DNA from: an uncultured bacterium
GTDB taxonomy: Bacteria > Cyanobacteriota > Vampirovibrionia > Gastranaerophilales > Gastranaerophilaceae
Length of the DNA stretch: 64,000 nt
Assembly (NCBI GenBank): GCA_902795965.1
Contig: CADBNI010000029.1
Span: 5,067-69,066, forward strand
Direction of reading: 5' to 3'
Made by a program: the position numbers and the translations under genes. This document shows, piece after piece, positions 40,234 through 48,806 of the stretch. Each line of letters opens with the position of its first letter. The stretch's first letter is position 1. The notes under the pieces were generated by a model. The model searched no databases. It was not told the origin of the DNA and was given only the letters and a program-made list of their open reading frames with translations.

Positions 40234-40262
40234 ATTATAACCTGTTTTAGAAAATTTGTCAA
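40234..40262 (-). promoter_or_regulatory. Consensus sigma70 promoter for pilin-like gene 4
   Basis: Reverse strand TTGACA-17 bp-TATAAT. Confidence 0.85.
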
Positions 40263-40280
40263 GTACAATATAATTAAATT

Positions 40281-40490
40281 ATGGATATAAGAAACGATAT
40301 TAAATATTGCATGGCACGCGAAGCCGTCACATTCAAACGATTAGCCGAATTAATGACCGAAAAAACAGGGAAGAAATATACAATCAACAGCCTTTCGGGA
40401 AAACTTATCCGTGAAAGCATTACACTTAAAGAAGCATTACAAGTATTAGAGATTTTAGGATACGACCTCAATATTAATAAACGCCCATAA
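40281..40490 (+). CDS. Small Cro-like HTH protein (cassette 4)
   Basis: IKYCMAREAVTFKRLAELMTEK...NSLSGKLIRESITLKEALQVLEILGYDL; homologous to 29272-29478. Confidence 0.78.
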   Translation: MDIRNDIKYCMAREAVTFKRLAELMTEKTGKKYTINSLSGKLIRESITLKEALQVLEILGYDLNINKRP

Positions 40491-41427
40491 TATCCGATTT
40501 TATCTGCTCTTTTAATTCGTCAAGGGAATTGAATCTGCGTTCGGGACGGAGCATTTTTTCAAAACTAACCTCAATCGTTTCTCCGTATATATCTTCATCA
40601 AAATCAAGAATATGGACCTCTAATATTGCTTTGCTTCCGCTGACCGTAGGTCGAACACCGTAATTTGCAACGGCTTTATAATAGGTATAGAGGCATGGAG
40701 GCATAGAGGTATGGCTATTATCAGTAGTTTCTTGCTTAGTTACCTTGTCTGCGGTCTGAACTTCTGCGGCATACACTCCGTAAGGTAAATTTATCAACTC
40801 AGACGGATATTCAAGATTTGCAGTCCTAAAACCTATCGTCCTGCCGATTTGATTACCCTTGACAACCTCTCCGCGTACAAAAAATTTATAACCAAGCATA
40901 CTGTTCGCTTTTTCAATCTTACCTTCCGACAAAAATTTGCGAATTGCAGTACTGCTGATTATTTCCGATTCATATTTTTTGGGAGGCAGTTCAAAATATT
41001 CATAGCCGAACTTTTTCGCATTATCTTTCAAAAACTTCGGATTTCCCGATTTTTTGTACCCGAAATTGTGATTCCAACCCGTAGATATGGCAACCGGAGT
41101 GAAATTCTTTACCAAACAATCTTTCAAATAATCCTCAGCCGTCAACCCCGAAATTTCTTCAAAATCCAACTCATAAAGATAATCAACTCCAAACTCTGCA
41201 ATTTTTTCCTCACGCATTTCGCGAGTCAAAATATACTTAGGACAAACACCCCAAAAATAACAACAAGGATGATCCCTAAACGTAATAACAGCCGACTTTG
41301 TACCGTTTTGTTTTGCATAATCAACGGCACTTTTTATAACCGCCTGATGTCCCGAATGAACTCCGTCAAAAAAACCGAGCGCAAGCGATAAATTGGGATT
41401 TTTATTTAATTCTGTAAATATTTGCAT
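40474..41427 (-). CDS. ribF: Bifunctional riboflavin kinase/FAD synthetase with in-frame repeat insertion
   Basis: GFFDGVHSGH, ISSTAIR, GRTIGFRTANL, LEVHILDF..DIYGE. Confidence 0.95.
   Translation of the reverse strand: MQIFTELNKNPNLSLALGFFDGVHSGHQAVIKSAVDYAKQNGTKSAVITFRDHPCCYFWGVCPKYILTREMREEKIAEFGVDYLYELDFEEISGLTAEDYLKDCLVKNFTPVAISTGWNHNFGYKKSGNPKFLKDNAKKFGYEYFELPPKKYESEIISSTAIRKFLSEGKIEKANSMLGYKFFVRGEVVKGNQIGRTIGFRTANLEYPSELINLPYGVYAAEVQTADKVTKQETTDNSHTSMPPCLYTYYKAVANYGVRPTVSGSKAILEVHILDFDEDIYGETIEVSFEKMLRPERRFNSLDELKEQIKSDIMGVY
40682..40745. repeat. Half copy of the octamer-arm element, in-frame in ribF
   Basis: taggtata-gaggcatg-gaggcata-gaggtatg-gctatt-atcagt; encodes TDNSHTSMPPCLYT. 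Confidence 0.8.
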
Positions 41428-41447
41428 CTTCTTTTATATTATAGGAC

Positions 41448-41476
41448 TTGAAAAATTATGGTAAATAGTTTATAAT
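41448..41476 (+). promoter_or_regulatory. sigma70 promoter of putative antitoxin sRNA
   Basis: TTGAAA-17 bp-TATAAT. Confidence 0.7.
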
Positions 41477-41482
41477 AAAAAC

Positions 41483-41561
41483 ACAGGGTGGCACCTTGAG
41501 TAAGTGCCGATACTCTGAGAAATCGAAGTAGCACCTATCTTATCGGGTAGGTGTTACTTTT
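41483..41561 (+). ncRNA. Putative ~80-nt antisense (antitoxin) sRNA
   Basis: Promoter upstream, GGCAC/GTGCC hairpin, terminator hairpin 41526-41561 with a T-run, no ORF. Confidence 0.6.
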
Positions 41562-41614
41562 ATTATGTATAAAATCAAGCAAACAATAATTAATGTTAGA
41601 TTGATATTTTCCAT
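41540..41614 (-). CDS. Putative type I toxin, 24-aa hydrophobic peptide MENINLTLIIVCLILYIIKVTPTR
   Basis: Strong RBS AAAGGAGG 6 nt before ATG; single TM-like core with basic tail; too short for the ORF track. Confidence 0.65.
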   Translation of the reverse strand: MENINLTLIIVCLILYIIKVTPTR

Positions 41615-41719
41615 AATTGACCTCCTTTCCTCGGAACAATCGACCGAAATCGAAGTATTAACTGTTGTGTCGATGTTTCTTGGATTAGAGTATCTTTTAC
41701 CCTGTATCAATGTTCAAAA

Positions 41720-41741
41720 AAGGCGGAAAATTTTCCGCCTT
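41720..41741 (-). terminator. aspS intrinsic terminator
   Basis: aaggcgg-aaaatttt-ccgcctt with a T-run on the reverse strand. Confidence 0.75.
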
Positions 41742-41750
41742 CTAAAAATG

Positions 41751-43529
41751 TTATTTTGTATGTGCCGTACTCTTTAAATGAAGTTCTCTCAACTGCTGTA
41801 ATGAGGCTTCACCCGGAGCATCACTCATAAGATCTTTAGCACCTGAATTTTTCGGGAATGCTATTACATCTCTGATACTTTCCGTTCTGCACAACAGAGC
41901 AACAAGTCTGTCCAAACCGATTGCAAGTCCTGCATGAGGCGGAGTTCCGTATTGCAGGGCATTTACCATAAATCCGAATTTTTCTTCGGCTTCTTCCTGA
42001 GTTAAGCCAAGAGCCTTAAAGATTGCCGACTGAACTTCCGATGAATGAATTCTGACAGATCCTCCGCCCAACTCTGTTCCGTTATAAACGATATCATAAG
42101 CGATTGATTTTACGTTACCCAAATCACCCGATTTTAATTTGTCCAAATCCTCAATACAAGGTGATGTGAACGGGTGGTGCATTGCCATAAATCTGCCTTC
42201 TTCATCAGACCATTCAAACATCGGGAAATCAACAACCCAAAGAAGATTGTGTTTGCTTTCGTCAATCAAATCCAATCTTTTACCGAAATACAATCTCAAT
42301 CTGCCCATAATGTCATAAACCAATTTCGGCTTATCTGCAACAAAGAAGATTATATCGCCACTTTGAGCCTGTGCGCGATCTTGAATAGCTTTTGCCTGTT
42401 CTTCGGTCACAAACTTGAGTACGGGAGATTTTGCCGTTCCGTCCTCATTATAAATAATATTCGCAAGAGCTTTCGCACCGAATGAAACAGCCAATTTCGT
42501 AATATCATCAATATCTTTTCTTGAGAATTTAGCACCGCCGGGGATTCTTATACCGCGAACTATACCACCGTTTTCAAGCGTATTTTTAACAATTTGAAAT
42601 TCCGATTGAAGAATAATATCTCCGATATCAAAGAGTTCCAAGCCAAATCTCGTATCGGGTTTGTCGGAACCGTATCTGTCCATAGCCTCCTGCCAAGGCA
42701 TTTGAATAAACGGAGGTTTAACCTCAACACCCGCAGCTTTGAATGTATCTACAATCAAACCTTCTACGGTTTTTATTACATCCTGTTGTTCCACAAACGA
42801 CATTTCAAGGTCAATCTGCGTAAACTCGGGCTGTCTGTCCGCACGCAAATCTTCATCTCTGAAACATTTTGCGATTTGGTAATATTTTTCGATACCGCCG
42901 ACCATCAACAGTTGTTTAAAAATTTGAGGAGATTGAGGAAGTGCATAGAACTTCCCTTCCTGAACACGAGAAGGAACAAGGTAATCTCTCGCACCTTCGG
43001 GAGTTGTTTTAATCAAAATCGGAGTTTCAACTTCCAAAAAGTCCTGATTATTCAAATAATTGCGTGCCGCCTGACAAATTTTATGACGTAAAGTCAAATT
43101 ATGAAGCATACTTTCACGTCTTATATCAAGGTATCTGTATTTCAAGCGAACATCTTCCGATACGTTTTCATCATCAAGGACAAAAGGTAAAGTTTTTGCC
43201 TCTGACAAGATTTCGACAAATTCGGGATACATTTCAACCTGTCCCGTCGGATATTTTTCGTTGTAAGTTTCTTCGGGACGTTTTGAAACTTTTCCTTTTA
43301 CCGTAATAACATATTCGGATCTGACTTTTTCAAAAACTTTATGGACTTCGGGATTGATTTGAGGGTTTGCCACCAACTGGAAAAATCCGCTTCTGTCACG
43401 CAATTCAATAAACAAAATTCCGCCGAGGTCACGAATAGTTGATGCCCAGCCCGATAGTGTAACTTCTTCATTCAAATTGCTTAGATTTAATTCTCCGCAA
43501 TTATGGTCTTTCAATCGTGTTTTTATCAT
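41751..43529 (-). CDS. aspS: Aspartate-tRNA ligase
   Basis: RDLGGILFIELRDRSG, FYALPQSPQ, FRDEDLRADRQPEFTQ, PPHAGLAIGLDR. Confidence 0.98.
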   Translation of the reverse strand: MIKTRLKDHNCGELNLSNLNEEVTLSGWASTIRDLGGILFIELRDRSGFFQLVANPQINPEVHKVFEKVRSEYVITVKGKVSKRPEETYNEKYPTGQVEMYPEFVEILSEAKTLPFVLDDENVSEDVRLKYRYLDIRRESMLHNLTLRHKICQAARNYLNNQDFLEVETPILIKTTPEGARDYLVPSRVQEGKFYALPQSPQIFKQLLMVGGIEKYYQIAKCFRDEDLRADRQPEFTQIDLEMSFVEQQDVIKTVEGLIVDTFKAAGVEVKPPFIQMPWQEAMDRYGSDKPDTRFGLELFDIGDIILQSEFQIVKNTLENGGIVRGIRIPGGAKFSRKDIDDITKLAVSFGAKALANIIYNEDGTAKSPVLKFVTEEQAKAIQDRAQAQSGDIIFFVADKPKLVYDIMGRLRLYFGKRLDLIDESKHNLLWVVDFPMFEWSDEEGRFMAMHHPFTSPCIEDLDKLKSGDLGNVKSIAYDIVYNGTELGGGSVRIHSSEVQSAIFKALGLTQEEAEEKFGFMVNALQYGTPPHAGLAIGLDRLVALLCRTESIRDVIAFPKNSGAKDLMSDAPGEASLQQLRELHLKSTAHTK

Positions 43530-43628
43530 TTCTTCCTTCTTTCTGTATGGACTTAACATAAGTTTAACAAAAACATGAAAAATATTAAATATTTTTTAAA
43601 TTTTATTAAATTAAGTTACTAACGTAAT

Positions 43629-43661
43629 AAGGCACTAAGCCGAATATAAACTTAGTGCCTT
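43629..43661. terminator. Hairpin downstream of the SPFH gene
   Basis: aaggcactaag...cttagtgcctt 11-bp stem. Confidence 0.6.
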
Positions 43662-43684
43662 AATTACAATATTTTATTTTATTT

Positions 43685-44656
43685 TTATTTTTTATCAAAC
43701 ATTTGTTTGATACCGTCAACGGAAGACAAAATACCCGTAGCCTCATAAGGCATATAAACGACTTTGTTGTCTTTGCCGTCTGTAATTGCAGTCAAGGTTT
43801 CAAGATATTTCATTGCGATAAGATATTTGTCGGGCTGGCCTTTGTCTGCCAAAGCATCAATAATTCTTTGAATGGCTTCTTTTTCGGCATCAGCTTCAAT
43901 AATACGAGCCTGCGCAACACCTTCCGCTCTCAAAATTTCCGCCTGCTTTGCACCTTCAGCGGTTCTGATTGCGGCTTCTCTTTCACCTTCCGCATTTTTA
44001 ATTGCAGCTTCTTTAAGACCTTCGGCTTCCGTAATACGAGCCTGCTTATCTCTGTCAGCTTTCATCAATTTATCCATTGATGCTTGAATATCAGCGGGCG
44101 GGAAAATATCCTGAATTTCAACACGATTAACCTTGACACCCCATTTGTTGGTTGCCTCGTCAAGCGTTGTTCTGAGTTCATCATTAATTTTTCCGCGGGA
44201 AGTCAAAGTTTCTTGCAAATCCATTTGACCTACCAGGTTTCTTAAAGTTGTCTGAGTCAATTTTTCAATAGCATCAGGCAGGTTTTCAATTTCATAAACC
44301 GCACTTTTGGCGTCAACAATTTGGAAATAAATCAATGCGTTAATCGTGATTGAAACGTTATCCTTTGTAATTACGTTTTGGCGGGGAAAATCATACATTT
44401 GTTCTCTCAAATCAATTCGGTCAACAGCTTTGAGATAATAATAACTTCTTCCGTCAAGACCTTTTTGTGAAACTTTTTTCAAAATTCCTCTGGGAGCTTC
44501 CAATATCGGAAAAATAAAATTAGGACCTGCACGCAAAGTTTTTTCGTAACGTCCCATTCTTTCAATGATAACTTCCTGTTGCTGTTGAACAATGATAATG
44601 CCTTTGAAAACATAAATCAAAAGAGCAACAAATAAAATCAGTAATAAAATTGACAT
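43685..44656 (-). CDS. SPFH/band 7 (QmcA-like) protein
   Basis: ITKDNVSITINA, LTQTTLRNLVG, WGVKVNRVEI, AEG repeats. Confidence 0.93.
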   Translation of the reverse strand: MSILLLILFVALLIYVFKGIIIVQQQQEVIIERMGRYEKTLRAGPNFIFPILEAPRGILKKVSQKGLDGRSYYYLKAVDRIDLREQMYDFPRQNVITKDNVSITINALIYFQIVDAKSAVYEIENLPDAIEKLTQTTLRNLVGQMDLQETLTSRGKINDELRTTLDEATNKWGVKVNRVEIQDIFPPADIQASMDKLMKADRDKQARITEAEGLKEAAIKNAEGEREAAIRTAEGAKQAEILRAEGVAQARIIEADAEKEAIQRIIDALADKGQPDKYLIAMKYLETLTAITDGKDNKVVYMPYEATGILSSVDGIKQMFDKK

Positions 44657-44658
44657 AA

Positions 44659-45084
44659 TTATATCCTTTCTACGGTTAATACCAAACTGTCATATTTCAC
44701 AATACGTACTTCTTCTCCTGCGGGAATAGGTTCATCAACCTCGGCGCGTGCTTCCCAACGTTCGTCATAAATTGAAATAGCTCCCGAAAATTTACCGACA
44801 GGTTCTTTCACTTTAACAATTTTACCGATATATTTACCCTCCATACCGGTTTCTTTTTCCTTGTCATTTTTGTTTTTAACCAAAATAGGACGTAAAAACA
44901 GAATTGAAAGTATTGATAAAACGACAAAAATTACCGTCAAATTAATCCAATTTTCAATAAACAATGCAAATACAGCCGTAATAAATCCCGCTACCGCAAG
45001 ATTTAAGAAAAACATTGAGGGGACGAGCATTTCAAGAATAATAAAAATCAACCCCGCAATAGCAAAAACCTGCCACAAAACCAT
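44659..45084 (-). CDS. NfeD-family protein
   Basis: Hydrophobic N-terminus, ERWEA...GEEVRIV OB-fold; canonical partner of SPFH. Confidence 0.88.
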   Translation of the reverse strand: MVLWQVFAIAGLIFIILEMLVPSMFFLNLAVAGFITAVFALFIENWINLTVIFVVLSILSILFLRPILVKNKNDKEKETGMEGKYIGKIVKVKEPVGKFSGAISIYDERWEARAEVDEPIPAGEEVRIVKYDSLVLTVERI

Positions 45085-45138
45085 TTACTCTCTCCTTTTT
45101 ACAAAAGGATTTTAACATATTTTTCGGTATTCGTCAAC

Positions 45139-45168
45139 AAAAAAGCTCCTCAAAATGAGGAGCTTTTT
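45139..45168. terminator. Intrinsic terminator
   Basis: aaaaaagctcctc-aaaat-gaggagcttttt. Confidence 0.8.
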
Positions 45169-45182
45169 ATATAATTAATTTA

Positions 45183-45941
45183 CTAAACCAATTCAACAAC
45201 TTTCAAAGCGTTTCTTGATGCGATTTCAACAAGACTTTTTACTGTTGCCATCATTGACAAAGTTGAATCCATTTTGTTGATGCAAGAACCGCAGCCGATA
45301 GCTGATGCACCTGCCGCAAACGCAAACGGTGCAGTTGTCGGATTGATTGCTGTTGCTGTCATAATCGGCAAATCAATGTTTCTTGAAAGTTCAATCGTAT
45401 TGGAAATAGTCAATTCAGCTCTTTCCATCAAGCCTTTAACACCTTCCGATACGCTGCTTGAAGAATAATGACCTTCTGTTTGAATCAAATCAATACCCAT
45501 AGTTTCCAATTTTCTGCCCAATTCGATTTGTTCATTAATTGAAAGAGTTCCGGGAATTGTTACGCTGAAAAATACTTTAGTGTCACCCAACAAGCTCAAT
45601 GTTTCGCTAACCAAAGACAAAACGCTTTCTGCTGAGAATGACATACCTTTTTTGTAAAGAACGTCAAAGTTACCCAATTCGATTGCATCTGCGCCTAATT
45701 CAACCGCTTTAACCAATTCTGACGGAACGATTGATGATACAAAAATCGGCATATCCGTCATTTCTCTGATTTCGGAAACGATTTCGGGTTTTGCACAGAT
45801 ATCAACAGCGGATGCTCCGCCTTGTTCTGCTGATGTAACAACTTTTTTGATATTTTCGATATCAAAATTGTCGATACCCGCAATAACTTTTACTGCTCTT
45901 TTTTCTGTCAAATGTTGTCTAAATGTTTCAATTCTGCTCAT
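45183..45941 (-). CDS. DUF561/Ycf23-family protein
   Basis: VKVIAGIDNFD, ELGNFD.LY, AAGASAIGCGS. Confidence 0.8.
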   Translation of the reverse strand: MSRIETFRQHLTEKRAVKVIAGIDNFDIENIKKVVTSAEQGGASAVDICAKPEIVSEIREMTDMPIFVSSIVPSELVKAVELGADAIELGNFDVLYKKGMSFSAESVLSLVSETLSLLGDTKVFFSVTIPGTLSINEQIELGRKLETMGIDLIQTEGHYSSSSVSEGVKGLMERAELTISNTIELSRNIDLPIMTATAINPTTAPFAFAAGASAIGCGSCINKMDSTLSMMATVKSLVEIASRNALKVVELV

Positions 45942-46079
45942 AATAATTTTCCTTTCACATAAATTCTTGAGTAGATTATACATTAAAATTGTAATAATTA
46001 CAATAACTAATCCGAAAAAATTTTTCGGCATAATGCATTACGGAAAAAAATGTGAAAACATTGGGTTGTGAGGGATAAT

Positions 46080-46775
46080 ATGAGAAAAAAATTTATTGCA
46101 ATCTTTATTTATACAATTTTTGCCATGCCCGTATTCGCACAAAATTTCAGTGCGGACGAAATGCTTAATATAAATATTTATGAAAAAGTCAGTCCCGCAA
46201 TCGTGTCGATTGACGCAAATCTTGATGACGGATTTTCTGCGGGAACGGGTTGTGTTGTCAGGTCGGACGGAATAATCCTTACGGGTTCGCACGTAATTGA
46301 GGGCGCAAAAGATATTGACGTAACAACTTCGGGCGGTAAAATTTATAAGGCTACAATTTTGAAAGACAAATTAGGCAAAAATAAAGACCTTGCTATATTA
46401 AAAATCAATCCGAAACAAAATTTAAAAACCGTTGTATTCGGAGATTCAGAGCAGGTTAAAGTAGGGCAGAAAATTCTTGCAATCGGCAATCCGTTTGGAT
46501 TTTCGGGAACATTAACCTCAGGGATTGTGTCAAGAATTGACTACACAAAAGGCAGAATACAAACAGACGCGGCAATAAACCCCGGGTGTTCGGGCGGACC
46601 GCTTGTAAATTCACAGGGTGAAGTTATAGGAATTTCTCAGTCAATTTACAACCCCGATAACAATATTTCAAATATCGGAATAGGCTTTGCAATCCCCGTT
46701 AATGAGGCAAAAAAATACCTGACCGCCTCAAGCCTGAACGAACTAACCAACAAACAAAAATTTGCAAGCAAATAA
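46080..46775 (+). CDS. Trypsin-like serine protease (HtrA-like, no PDZ)
   Basis: Signal peptide, ILTGSHV, DLAIL, QTDAAINPGCSGGPL. Confidence 0.9.
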   Translation: MRKKFIAIFIYTIFAMPVFAQNFSADEMLNINIYEKVSPAIVSIDANLDDGFSAGTGCVVRSDGIILTGSHVIEGAKDIDVTTSGGKIYKATILKDKLGKNKDLAILKINPKQNLKTVVFGDSEQVKVGQKILAIGNPFGFSGTLTSGIVSRIDYTKGRIQTDAAINPGCSGGPLVNSQGEVIGISQSIYNPDNNISNIGIGFAIPVNEAKKYLTASSLNELTNKQKFASK

Positions 46776-47441
46776 TTACCAAGGATAGTCTTTACTGATT
46801 TTCCAACCGTCCGTTAATATTAAAGCAGAACAAGCAGTTCCGATGCTTTTACAATTCATTATAATACTATCTCTTTCTTCAGGCTCGGTAAACGCTTTAA
46901 TTTGCCCGCTTGGTTCGACTTTAAATCTGAAAACATCTTTACCATAGACGTTTGGTTTATTGTTTCCGTTTATATCAATTATTAAAACTATTATACCCGG
47001 ATCTCCGGGAGGTCTTGAAACAAGGACCTCCGAGCCGTTCGCAAGAAACAATCTTTGCGCCCTTTCACTATAATAAACAAGTTCGTAAGCAGGTTGTGGC
47101 GGATTTCCATCCATAGTACCTCTGTCAAATTCACATTCACCAACAGTTGAACAATTACATTTTTTCAGAACTTTTAGGTATGGTTCAAAATACTTTTCAC
47201 TTACCTGCACAGCATTTTCGCAACCATAATATTGAGAATCAACAAAAATTTCATCATAATCTTTTATTGCTAAATTTAAAGCCTGAGAAAGTAAAGCATA
47301 AGTACTTTTTAAACGGCTAACCGTAACATGCTTTTGATAATTAGTAATCACAGTCGGCATGGTAACCGCTGCAACAACACCTATTATGCCAAGAGTAATA
47401 AGAACTTCAGCTAAAGTAAAGGCTCTTTTATTTAATGCCAT
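46776..47441 (-). CDS. Type IV pilin-like protein (cassette 5)
   Basis: MALNKRA|FTLAEVLITLGIIGVVAA; ends CSALILTDGWKISKDYPW. Confidence 0.9.
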   Translation of the reverse strand: MALNKRAFTLAEVLITLGIIGVVAAVTMPTVITNYQKHVTVSRLKSTYALLSQALNLAIKDYDEIFVDSQYYGCENAVQVSEKYFEPYLKVLKKCNCSTVGECEFDRGTMDGNPPQPAYELVYYSERAQRLFLANGSEVLVSRPPGDPGIIVLIIDINGNNKPNVYGKDVFRFKVEPSGQIKAFTEPEERDSIIMNCKSIGTACSALILTDGWKISKDYPW

Positions 47442-47464
47442 AATAACTCCTTCCTTATACACTC

Positions 47465-47493
47465 ATGTTAATCATATTTTTTAAAAATTTCAA
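47465..47493 (-). promoter_or_regulatory. sigma70-like promoter for pilin-like gene 5
   Basis: Reverse strand TTGAAA-17 bp-TAACAT; ACATGATTTT direct repeat just upstream. Confidence 0.6.
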
Positions 47494-47583
47494 TACGCTA
47501 AAACCTAATTGTAACATGATTTTACATGATTTTTGTAGAAATTATTCGACTGAAAAATAACAAATACATTTTAAAATATAAAA

Positions 47584-47793
47584 ATGGGGCTTAAAAAGAT
47601 ACAAAACGAATTAGGCAGAAGATTGCGCGATTTGAGGCTTGAAAGAGAGCTTACTCAGGAAGAATTGGCTTTTGAAGTGAAAATATCAAGAGATCACCTC
47701 TCAAACATTGAAAACGGTAAATTCCCGATAAATATCAAGACACTTTACAAATTATCAAAATTTTTTGATGTTGATATTAAGTATTTCTTTTAA
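47584..47793 (+). CDS. XRE/Cro-C1 HTH regulator (cassette 5)
   Basis: LGRRLRDLRLERELTQEELAFEVKISRDHLSNIENGK. Confidence 0.92.
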   Translation: MGLKKIQNELGRRLRDLRLERELTQEELAFEVKISRDHLSNIENGKFPINIKTLYKLSKFFDVDIKYFF

Positions 47794-47816
47794 TATTTTT
47801 ATGCTATTATTCATTT

Positions 47817-48548
47817 ATGATTGAATTTTTGGGTTTATGCGTTCAAAATTTAATATCAAGCATAAAATACCTGTTTAGGGTTAGATTTTCTGCGGTTATA
47901 GCACAGGCGGCGGCAATCAGTTACGATTCTTTACCGATTTCGCTCATAATCGCTTTTATTGCGGCTGCGGTAATCACAATTCAGGTTTCCAAACAGTTCC
48001 TTATGAGCGGTGCGGAAGCGTATATCGGCGGGACAATCGCTATCGTTATGATTAGAGAAATCGCTCCGGGGTTTGCGGCACTTGCAATAGGAGCGCGCGC
48101 CGGAACGGCTATTTCTGCGGAAATCGCAAACATGCAGGTTACAAGTCAGGTTGATGCAATAAAAACACTGAAAGTCGACCCCGTAGGATATTATTTTACA
48201 CCAAGAATTTTGGCGGGTGCATTAACCGTTCCCATGGTTGTTTTAATCGCAGAATTTATCGGAATTGCCGGCGGAATGGTTGTTTCTCATGCCACAATAG
48301 GATTGCACCCCGCAAGATATCTGCATTCGGCATGGCTTTGGATTGCGACAAGAGATATTTACATAAGTCTTTTGAAAGCCTCAATATTTGGCGGATTAAT
48401 AGCTTTGGTTTGTGCAACGCAAGGTTACAGAACCAAAGGCGGTGCAAAGGAAGTCGGTATTTCAACCACGCAGGCGGCAATCCGCTCCACAATATATCTT
48501 TTAATAGCAGATTTCTTATTAAATCTTGTGTTTTATATTTTTAAATAA
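47817..48548 (+). CDS. mlaE: MlaE-family ABC permease
   Basis: IREIAPGFAALAIGARAGTAISAEIANM..TSQVDAIKTLKVDPVGY..PR. Confidence 0.9.
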   Translation: MIEFLGLCVQNLISSIKYLFRVRFSAVIAQAAAISYDSLPISLIIAFIAAAVITIQVSKQFLMSGAEAYIGGTIAIVMIREIAPGFAALAIGARAGTAISAEIANMQVTSQVDAIKTLKVDPVGYYFTPRILAGALTVPMVVLIAEFIGIAGGMVVSHATIGLHPARYLHSAWLWIATRDIYISLLKASIFGGLIALVCATQGYRTKGGAKEVGISTTQAAIRSTIYLLIADFLLNLVFYIFK

Positions 48549-48741
48549 ATTTAGCATATTTTGCGGGCAAAAAATTATATAAAAATATACTTGCTTTTGT
48601 CTCAATAGCTTTTGAAGAATACTTATAAACTTGTTTATACAAATCTAATTCAACAGGAGTGAGTCCCGTTTTTTGCATAAGTTTTGTATATGCATATGAT
48701 TTACTTAATAACGTAAAATATTTATAGACAGATTTAAACAT
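48541..48741 (-). CDS. Small hypothetical protein
   Basis: 66 aa ORF filling the gap between mlaE and the PilB-like gene. Confidence 0.4.
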   Translation of the reverse strand: MFKSVYKYFTLLSKSYAYTKLMQKTGLTPVELDLYKQVYKYSSKAIETKASIFLYNFLPAKYAKFI

Positions 48742-48806
48742 AACAACCTAACCTTAAATTTATAAAGTATTTTTTTTAATAAAAAATGTTATTATTTTAA
48801 GTTATT

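Noticed and set aside
41565-41777. 70-aa plus-strand ORF
   Set aside because: No RBS; it overlaps the better-supported reverse micro-ORF and the aspS terminator
30259-47806. 16-bp identity TAATATTTTTATGCTA at the ends of cassettes 2 and 5
   Set aside because: Explained by a stop codon followed by an AT-rich extended -10 promoter (TGCTA[CT][AT]AT); weak as an att site without statistics
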